From: Camelus dromedarius
Taxonomy: Eukaryota
Assembly: GCF_036321535.1 (NCBI RefSeq)
Contig: NC_087436.1
Location: 12,958,001-13,022,000, forward strand
Direction: 5' to 3'
Length of the DNA stretch: 64,000 nt
Of the stretch, positions 38,375 to 48,415 are shown in pieces. Position 1 is the stretch's first letter. Each line of letters begins with the position of its first letter. The position numbers were made by a program, and so were the translations under genes. A model generated the notes under the pieces. That model was not told the DNA's origin and made no database searches. It saw nothing but the letters and a program-made list of their open reading frames with translations.

Positions 38375-39179
38375 AAATTAACAAAGACCAGATGTGAGAT
38401 ACTTTTTGAACCAGAAATTAAGGTAGATGTGACTCAGCCTACTGAAGTCAGTTCTGGAATAAGTGAGAAAGGTCTTGTAGTGGGAGAGGAGGTAAAGGAC
38501 CTTGGATTCCAAGCAAACACCCCTTTGGGACCAGAATTTGGACACTTGTGTGTGTATCCTGTCTTCTTTATTGTCCTGAAGGGGATTTCTGTGACCACTG
38601 ATTGTCTGGCTGACTGAATCCCAGTATGTGTTGTGCAGTCTCAGAACTGCCCAGGTCTCGGGCAGGAGGGCACCTCCACTCTTCTGGCAGATTTGGTACG
38701 CAGCTGCCTTCATGTGGGAGTGGGTTTGGTGGAACTGTCATCTTCCTTCTCTGGCGAGAGATGCAGAACCCGGAGGAGAAGAAGATGGGAACCTGATGTA
38801 GACTGCTTCCTTTCCAAGTCGGCCACTCACACCCCAGCTCCAGAAGGTGTCACGAGCAACTTTGGCGCGCGCGACCACGGGCGGCCGGGAAACTGCTGAG
38901 GCTGTCCAGCACAATAACAAAAGAAGGAATGGCATTGGGATCAGGGCTGAGACTCAGAAGAGACTCACTTGCCACGAGTAAGTAGAAAGCAGAATCCCTC
39001 TGAGAGAAGACGATGTCATATAGATTTGTCAGGATTCCAAAAAGTCTTCTTGGCATAAGATGTAATGAGATGAAGGAATTCAGTCATTCACATTCTTGTG
39101 CCGGGTCGGTTCTCACAAGAAAAACACTCTGGGCTATCATTTGCACTTCCAGCCACAACGGAGTAATCCTACCACCAGA

Positions 39180-42100
39180 AACAGCTATCAGACCAGACAC
39201 AATATATGAGACAGCTGTTTGCAGGTGTCAGAGCAGAGATGCACAGGAGATGAGCCCTTTGTTTGCCCTGACTCGTTTCTAACTGTGGGGACATGAGAAG
39301 GAGCCTGAGAGAACAGTAGTCTTGCTGAACAGGGAGGCAGTAACTGGGGTTTGGAGCTGCTAAACGTTGTGGGTAGAGGGCTGGAGACAAGGAAGTTGCT
39401 CAGAAGGGACCCAAAATCTGTATGGGTGTTTAACAGAGGTCTGTGGCCCCAGGCCTGGGCTGTGCACTTGCAGGCCAAGATTCTGTGAGGGGTAGCAGGG
39501 AGCAAGTGCTGGGGAGAGGCCAGCCAACAGTGAGAGACCCAAGTTCATGCCAGGCTGGGAGATGCGCCATCTCAGAGGTGGGGGGACTGCACGGAACACT
39601 TGGGCATTCCTCTGAGATCGCAGGAAGTCCACATCCTAGGAATAAGAACGACCCTCTCAAGAAAGGGCCATCGCCTCAGAACAAAATGCCAGCTCTTTAA
39701 AGGAAGACGGCACAGTTCAGGCCCTTTACAATGTGTCACACACAACACCCAGTGTACAATTAAAAGAAAAACTTATCAAACATGAAGAGCTGGAAAATGT
39801 GACCAGAAGAATGGACCCCAAGAAAACCCAGAGGTTAGACTGAGCAGACACGGACCAGAACAGCTGTTATAAGTGTGTTTAAGGACTAAGGAAAGGGTGG
39901 TCTTAATGATGACATTATATGGGAATGTCAACCCCAAAACAGAGCCTATGAACATGATCTACATGGAAACTCTAGAAATGAAAATAATCTCTGAAACAAT
40001 ACCTGAAATTAAGAGTTCATTCTGAAAAATGGAAAGAAAATAGATTAAAAAAATGAATGGAGCCTAGTGACCTCTGGGACAATGTCATTTATTATACACA
40101 AAATTGGAGTCCCTGAGGAAAAAGAGAGTGAATGGGGCAATACAAAAATATATATATTTCAAGAAATAGGGCTAAAAAGTCCCCAGTTTTGGAGGCAAAC
40201 ATCATTGTGCATATCTAAAAATTCAGCAGATCCCAAGCAAGGTAAATAAAAACAGATACACCCTTAGGTATATCATCATCTAAGTGCCAAAAATGAAAAA
40301 TAAGGAGGATGTCATGAAAGTGGCCAGAAGTGGGAGGGGAGACACACACAAAGCAGGGAACAACAGGCTGAAAGGTAAACTATATAGACAATAAGCATAA
40401 GAAAGCTGATGTGGCTTTATCTTTTCAGATGAAGTAAAGAAAAATGATCACAGATCAAGGAGGACATTTCACAATGATAAAAGGGCAATTCGTTATGGAG
40501 ACATAAAATACTGAACACGCAATAATAATAGAATTATTACTTGAGGCAAAAATTTTACAGAACTAAAGGGAGAAATAAAATATACAGGTTAGAGATTTTA
40601 ACAGCTCTTCTCAGTAATTGATGGATCAAGTAGACAAAAGAAAAATCTCTCTCTATATATACATAGATTTAAACAATCCTCCCCTCCACTGGACAGAACT
40701 GGCCTTTATAGAATCTGATGTCTAGCAATTGTGAAACACACATTATTTTCATGTACATGTGGAATGTTCAACATCATAGATGAAGTGCTGGGCTGTAAAT
40801 AAATCTCAAGACATTTAAAAGATTTAAATCATAGAGATCATGTTCTCTGACCACAAATGAAATTAAGTTAAAGTCAATAGCAATAGGATTTCTAGGGAAA
40901 AACCCCAAACATTTGAAATTAAGTAAAGACACTATTAAATAATCCATATGTCAGTGAAGAAATTGAAAAGGAGAGCAGAAAATACTTCGAACTGAATGAA
41001 AATACATTAAAATTTGTAGGGTGCAGTTAAAGCAGTTACTAGAGACAAATGCATTGTTTTATACACCTATAGAAGAATAAAGGTGTAGGATGGAGCAAAG
41101 TTGCACACAGAGGAAGGGAATTATAATGAGAAAAGCAGAATTTCATAAAGTATCCAAGAAAATTACCATTTGAAAGAATTGAAAAGATTATTAAAATGAT
41201 TAGCTCCTAGTAAGAATAATCAAGACAAAAAGAAAAAAATGAATTATCAATAGTAAGAATGAAAATAAGGATATTATTACATATTCTACATGTGTTAAAA
41301 AGATACCATGTTAAATTTCATGTCAATAAATTTCACAACCTCTGTGAAATGGACAAATAACCACTTTACAAAACTAACACAAAAAGAAATGAAAAATCTC
41401 AGTAGCTCTATATTTAATTAAGAAATAGAATATAATAACTACTCACCCCTCTCCCTCAAAATAAAAAATCTTCAGGCTCAGATGGTATTATGGGTGAATT
41501 CTATCAGATGTTTGAGAAAGAATAAATATCAATCTTACATAAATTCATAAAACAGAGAATGAGGGAATGTTTTCCAACACAAGTTATGAGCCCAGGATAA
41601 TCCTGACATCAAAACCTGATCAAAACATTGTAAGTAAACAAGATTACAACTAGTATCTTTCATGAACATAGATATAAAAATCTTCAACAAAGTATTAGAA
41701 AATCAAATCCAATGATATATGAAAAAGATAATAAAACCAAGTGGGGTTTATCACGTACAAAATTGTTCAACATTTGAAAATCTGTGTAAATTAGCTACCT
41801 TAACAGAAAAAAAAGAAAAATGTATATGACCATCTCAAGAAACACAGAAGACATATTTAACAAAATTCAACACTTATTCAATATTAAAAAAAAAAACAAA
41901 ACCTGGAACAATCTGGAAATAGGACCTAGTAAAGGACAGCTACAAGAAAGTTATCGCTAACTTCTTACCTAATGGTGAGAGACAATGCTTTCCTCTTAAA
42001 ATCAGGAAAAAGGCAAGAATGTTTAGTCTTGCCACTTTTGTTCAGTATTGTGCTATGAAGTCCTTACCAGAGCAATATGGCAAGAAAAAGAAATAAAAGG

Positions 42101-43715
42101 CAAAAGGTTGGACAAGATAAAGTGAAACAGTCTTATCTACAAATGACATGATTATTTATGTAGAAGACCCTAAAAATATATATAAAAATTCACTAACAAG
42201 TAAATTTAGCAAGATCCCAGAATACAAGGTTAATATACAAAAAACAATTTTTTTGTATATATTTGCAATAAAAAAACAGTAAATGAAAAATTTTTAATTT
42301 AACTTTTACATCATGCCAAAAAGAAAATACTTAGGAATAAATTTAATAAAAGATTGTAGGACCTGTACAGTGAAAACTACAAAACTTTGCGGAGAAAAAA
42401 TAAAGAAGCTGTAAATAAATAGAGAGATATACAATGTTCATAGATTAGTCTACTTAATACTGTTAAGATATCACTTCTTCCTAATTGATCTATAGTTTTA
42501 CCATCATTCCAAACAACATTCCAATAGGCTTATTTGATAAAAGTTGCAAGTTGATTCTAAAATCTGTATGGTAATACAAAGAATCTAGAATAGCCAAACA
42601 TTTTTGGAAAAACAAACAAACAAAAAATAATTGAGAGATTTGCCCTGATTCAACACTTCAGATAAAGCCATAGTAATCAAGAGAGTAGTACAGTGTTGGC
42701 ATAAACACAGAGAAATCAATCAGTGGAACAAAATTGGAGTCCAGAAAGAGAAGATCACAATTATTTTTTACAAAGATACCAGGGCAATTCTATGGTGAAA
42801 AGAAAGTATTTTCTTTTTCTTTTTTCTTTCTTCTCCTTCTCTCTCTCTCTTTTTGATTTTGTTTTTTTTTTTTGTTTTTCCTTAATGAGGAGAGTCTTTT
42901 CAATAAGTCATTGTGGAATGATTGGATATCTGTATGGAGAAAACCTTGACCACAATCTCACACCATTATTTCACAAAATTATTTTGAAATTGCTCATAGA
43001 CCAAAATGTAAAATCTAAACTTTAAAACTTCCAGAAGAAAACACAGGAGAATACCTTTGCATTCTAGAGGTAGAAGAAGATTTCTCAGAGAGGACACAAA
43101 AAGCCCAAACCATAAAGAAAAAAAAAAAAACAAAACTGGTAAAGTGAACTTCATAAAAATTAAAAAGTTCTGTTCATCAAGCGACACCACTAAGAAAATG
43201 AAAAGATAAGCTACATACTGGGAGAATATATTTGCCGAATTACTATAATCAACACTGAGATATCAAAGTCAATAAAAAATAAGCAATATACTTGAACAGA
43301 CACTTTACACAAAAAAGACATCTAAGAATATTTGATAAATTTATGGAAAGGTGTTCAGCATCATTAATCATCAGGGAGATGAAAATTAAAATCATAATGA
43401 TACACTAATTTACATCCACTAGAATGGGTAAAATTAAAAAGACTGTTGGCATCAATGTTGACAAGGATGTGGGGCAGCTGGAACTCTCACGTGTTGCTGG
43501 TAAAATACTAAGGGGGAAATGTTCTGTAGTTTCTTCTGAAGTTAAAGATACACTTACCCATGACCCTGCAATTCCATGCCTAGGTTTTTACCCAAAGAGA
43601 GTGGAAACATCTGTCTACAAAAAGACACATACAAAAATATCCATAGCAACTTCTTTCGCCATAGCCCCAAACTGGAAACAACACACATGTTTCTGGTGAA
43701 TGGATAAATACGTTG
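39180..43715 (+). mobile_element. Long, decayed old L1 (5' region, ORF1 and ORF2 remnants)
   Basis: Colinear L1 motifs: ORF1-like IGVPEEKESE (ORF 40067..40249); ORF2 atgttctctgaccacaa, gtgaattctatca, tcatgaacatagat, aatcaggaaaaaggcaaga; and HDPAIPCLGFYPK (ORF 43424..43699). Many stops. Confidence 0.85.
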
Positions 43716-44830
43716 TGTAGGGTCAAGGAAGGGGTTCTGGCACAGGGTGAAACGTCCTGTGGACTAATGTTCTCTTGCGACTTGTTCACAGCAGCTGGGA
43801 ATTCCCTCTCTATCCCTTTGTTTCCACGGGTACCCCTAGGTCTCCCTGAGTGTTGTGAAACAGCTTGGAGCTCTGAAAACCTCAGCAGAACATTCTGGGC
43901 ACAGCTGGAATTTACTTTGTTTACTGCTCAACCACTCAAGTCCTAGACGAGTTATGGATTCAGCTTTGGTGTCTGAATCCCTTTGCCACCAACTCCCTCT
44001 GCTGGCTTTGAATTTACATTTTCCTTCTCAACTCTTTTCCCCATCTAGTGTGGTTTTTTTTTTTTTTTTTTTTAATTTCCTTGGAATGTCAAGATAGCCA
44101 CCCCAAATGGTAACAAAATGTTTATTTATGAGTAAGCACTCAACAAAACTTAGTTACTATGATTCCCAGCTGTCCTTTTTCTGCCCACCTTCTTGTCTGT
44201 ATCCATCGCAACTCCAGCCCTTCTATGGGTCACACTGTGTGACTTAGTAGTCCTCAACCCCGTGCCCCGATACCATCATTGTACAGCAGTGAGACACATC
44301 TCAAATAATGTGCTTTTCTCCGAAATGTGTAGTGCTTAAAAATGTATTTTCACAGAATATTTCTAACTATTAACAGATCTGTGCTGACTAGTTTTTCATA
44401 TTGCTTGGCAGGTTTTAATGTTAAAATCTTGCATGCCATCTGCTTTGAGGGGAGGATTAGGAGCAAGGGAAAGGGTGGGTAGGTAGAAGCTGAATTCTTC
44501 TTAACCGCTCTGGGAATGATACCATATTTTAAAATCAATCCAGAGTGGAAAATGGAAGTTGCTTTCAGGCATGACAGTCCAGCATTTACTGCTCAGTTTC
44601 TGTTTCCAGTTCTCTCAGAAGACAGATATCATGAAAGCTTTCATGAAACTCCAAATCTCCTCTTAAGATGCTGTTTTGAAGGTAGGGAAAAAAACAGAAC
44701 ACTGAGGGGCTTATGCGGATAAAGGGAAAAATAAGTCTGTTTTCTGTTCCCCTTCAATTAGCTAGAAGGATGTGGGAGCAGGGAGTGAAGTCCTAAGAAT
44801 TTGATCAGGTTAGAGGAAAAACTGTCCTTT

Positions 44831-44980
44831 ATTTTTTTCATTTTTCTTTGTTTTTTTTGGGGGGGGGTTAATTAGGTTGGTTGGTTTGTTTGTTTATTTA
44901 ATAGAGGTACAGAGGATTGAACCCAGGACCTCATGCATGCTAAGCATGTGCTCTACCACTGAGCTGTACCCTCCCCCCCA
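44831..44980 (-). mobile_element. tRNA-derived camelid SINE
   Basis: SINE head plus tail. 14-bp TSD AAAAACTGTCCTTT (44817-44830, 44981-44994). Confidence 0.93.
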
Positions 44981-45128
44981 AAAAACTGTCCTTTTAAAGC
45001 CTTTGCCAGTGTAGACCTGTAATGAAAGACCGCTGTTAAGTAGGATACCTGAATGAGTTGAGTTTTTGAGATGCGAGTCTAGACTTGAGTAGGAATGGCG
45101 AATTAAACGTCTTCATCTAGTCGATTTA

Positions 45129-45606
45129 CCAGCATGCCTTGTTTTATTGCTTTTCTCAGACAATTGCATTTTTTAGGAACTGAAAGTCTGTGGAAGCCCT
45201 GTGTTAAGCACGTCTGTCAAAGCCATTTTTCACAGCATTTGCTTATTTTGTCTCTGGTCGCATTTTGGTGGTTCTCACGATATTTAAAACCTTTTCATTA
45301 ATACTATATTTTGTTATGGTGATCCCCGATCAGCGGTCTTGGTTGTAACTGCTGCAAAACGATTACGACTCACTGAAGGCTCAGACAATGGCTAGCATTT
45401 TTTAGCAAGAAAATATTTTTAAATTAAAGGATGTACATTTTTTAGACATCATGCTATTGCACCAGACTACAGTGTATTGTAAACATAACTTTTATATGCA
45501 CTGGGAAACCAAAAAATCTGTGTGACTCACTTTATGGTGATATTTGCTTTATTACCATGGTCTGGAATCGAACCTGCAACATCGCCAAGGTTCCAAGATG
45601 TGCCTG
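45129..45606 (+). mobile_element. Tigger1 internal-deletion derivative (TcMar)
   Basis: Tigger1 left end (ttttattgc...attgcatttttt...gccattttt) joined to the right end (gactcactgaaggctcaga...tatatgcactgggaaaccaaaaaat...tgcctg followed by TA). Confidence 0.85.
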
Positions 45607-46218
45607 TAGGTGACTTTAGTGATCGGGGCTGGCAGTCGGGAGCTTCCTGGAACGAGAATGACCAGGAGCAACATTATTCTGGGGAGAAGCCTTATAAGGA
45701 TAGACATCTAATAACATTCATTTTTCAAAAAATTTTCAAGAACTTTGGAATTTCTACTGTATCATAAGCACATTCCTTGGGACCTGTCTCATTGCTGAGC
45801 CTTATAATGATGTACTGGGGTGTAGTCATTGAGAACTACTGAGCCTCAGGGTGACAGCAGAAGGGCTGGCGTCGTGATGGGAAAAAACAAGAAGGTGGGC
45901 AGGAAAATGAGAACTGGGAACAGTCGTAACTAAGTTTTCCTGAGTGCTTATTACATGCCAGGCATTGGGCACTTTCTGTACATTATTTCATTGAATATTC
46001 ACCCTGGGAAGTGACTGTTATTCCCATTTTACACAATTAGTAAGTGGTGGATCCATGATTCAAAATCCTGTTTAGCGTCCCTAATGTTAGAGGGCGTAGA
46101 GAAAATCTACCATGTGGAATTCCTTACTTGAATGAAAGTAAAATCAAATCAACAGATATCCATTGATCACTTTGATCCATTGAGCCTTATCCATTGATAA
46201 GGTTTTGTGAGGACATAG

Positions 46219-46397
46219 ATGTTGGATTATTCAGCCTCAAAACAGAAGGAGATCCTGCCATTCATGAAAACATGGACAAACTTGGAGGATGTTATGCTAA
46301 GCGAAATAAGCCAAACATCAAAAGAAAAGTACTGCCTGATTTCATTTGTATGTGGAATCAAAGAGTGTTTGAAACATAGAGTAAAACAGTGGGTTAT
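46219..46397 (+). mobile_element. L1MA9-like 3' end, first part (continues at 47688-47860 and 48200-48310)
   Basis: Encodes [37 protein letters not shown]. The 3' UTR resumes after the young L1 (ggacatggtcaaaggacacaaagtttcagtta...). Confidence 0.8.
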
Positions 46398-47524
46398 AGC
46401 AAGAATAAACAAATGGGACCTAATGAAACTTACAAGCTTCTGCACAGCAAAGAAAACCAGAAGTAAAACAAGAAGACAACCTACGGAATGGGAGAAAATT
46501 TTTGCAAATGAAACCGACAAAGGCTTGATCTCCAGAATATATAAGCAGCTCATACGACTCAATAAGAAAAAAATAAACAACCCAATCCAAAAATGGGCAG
46601 AAGACCTAAATAAGCAGTTCTCCAAGGAAGACATACAAATGATCAAAAGGCACATGAAAAAATGCTCAGTATCACTAATTATCAGAGAAATGCAAATCAA
46701 AACTACAATGAGGTATCACCTCACACCAGTCAGAATGGCCGTCATTCAAAAATCCACAAATGACAAATGCTGGAGAGGCTGTGGAGAAAGGGGAACCCTC
46801 CTACACTGCTGGTGGGAATGCAGTTTGGTGCAGCCACTATGGAAAACAGTGTGGAGATTCCTCAAAAGACTAGGAATAGACTTACCATATGACCCAGGAA
46901 TCCCACTCCTGGGCTTGTATCCAGAAGGAAGTCTACTTCAGGATGACACCTGCACCCCAATGTTCATAGCAGCACTATTTACAATAGCCAAAACATGGAA
47001 ACAGCCTAAATGTCCATCAACAGGTGACTGGATAAAGAAGTGGTGGTATATTTATACAATGGAATACTACTTTGCCATAAAAACCGACAACATAACGCCA
47101 TTTGCAGCAACATGGATGCTCCTGGAGAATGTCATTCTAAGTGAAGTAAGCCAGAAAGAGAAAGAAAAATACCATATGAGATCGCTCATATGTGGAATCT
47201 AAAAAACAAACAAACAAACAAACAAAAACAAAGCATAAATACAGGACAGAAATAGACTCAGAGAGAGAGAATACAGACTTGTGGTTGCCAGGGGGGCGGA
47301 GGGTGGGAAGGGATAGACTGGGATTTCAAAATTGTAGAATAGATAAACAAGATTATACTGTATAGCACAGGGAAATTTACACAAAACGTTATGGTAACTA
47401 ACAGAGGAAAAAATGTGACAATGAGTGTGTATATGTCCATGTATGACTGAAAAATTGTGCTGAACACTGGAATTTGACACAACATTGTAAAATGATTATA
47501 AATCAATAAAAAATGTTAAAAAAA
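46398..47524 (+). mobile_element. Young 5'-truncated L1 with an uninterrupted ORF2 C-terminus
   Basis: No stops through [16 protein letters not shown]...[18 protein letters not shown] (zinc knuckle)...LICGI* at 47202. Complete 3' UTR with AATAAA ~47505. TSD CAGTGGGTTAT (46387-46397, 47688-47698). Confidence 0.96.
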
Positions 47525-47560
47525 TTACATAATTAGGAAGATAATAAAGGACTATATCTC

Positions 47561-47597
<37 letters not shown>

Positions 47598-47884
47598 AAA
47601 AACACCTGAGGATGAAATGACTCAAAGAGAACAGTAAAGATAAAATAACTCAAAGACAAAAAAACAAAAAAAACCAAAAAAAAAAACCAGTGGGTTATTG
47701 AAGAGGATGGGGACATGGTCAAAGGACACAAAGTTTCAGTTACGTATGATGCATACATTCTGTAGCTCTAATGCACAGCACAGTGACTATGGCTCATAAT
47801 ACTGTATTGCATCCTGAAAATTTTCTAAGAGAGTAGATATCAGGTGCTCTCGCCACACACACCCACGCACTGGAAATAGTCATA

Positions 47885-48415
47885 ATGGGTGTAGACATAG
47901 AGATGCTTTGGTTTTTGTTTTTGCTTTGGGGAGGGACAGAAGTCCCATCTGGTATGCATGAAGGTAACCAATAAGTGAGACAGGAGGGAAGGGGGCAGGG
48001 CACAACCACTGAAGGAAGGACACAGCAATTGAGACCAAGACAAACAGGTTAGCACCAAGATGGTGGAAGGTGCTGTGAGGCTCAAGGTCTACTGGAAGTC
48101 AAATCTTCTGCCATCTTGGTTTGTTCGTTTGTCCTGTCCTCTGTTGCTGTGTCCTTCCTTCAGTGGTTGTGCCCTTGCACCTTCCCACCTGTCTCATAAG
48201 GAGATGGGTATGTAAGTTACTTAACTGTATTAATCATTTCACTAGGTGTAGGTATATCAAAACATCATGTTGCACACCTGAAATATATACAATTTTAATT
48301 TTTTAAAATAAGTTAAATTTTTTAAAAGGATAGAAGATAAACATGTATCAGGTGGGACTTCTGTCCCTCCCCAAAGCAAAAACAAAAACCAAAGCATCTC
48401 TGCGTCTATGCCCAT
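47885..48415. repeat. Inverted repeat, ~75-bp arms (47885-47960 and 48342-48415)
   Basis: 49-bp perfect reverse-complement core at 47899-47947 and 48353-48401. Confidence 0.95.
47976..48196. mobile_element. Foldback LTR-derived element (two inverted LTR 5' ends)
   Basis: Starts TGAGACAGG and ends CCTGTCTCA. Arms 47976-48069 and 48105-48196. Flanked by TAAG on both sides. Same family as 53847-54353. Confidence 0.85.

Noticed and set aside
43716..44270. Sequence apparently interrupting the end of the long old L1
   Set aside because: I could not define termini, a TSD or a family, so I cannot support it as an element.
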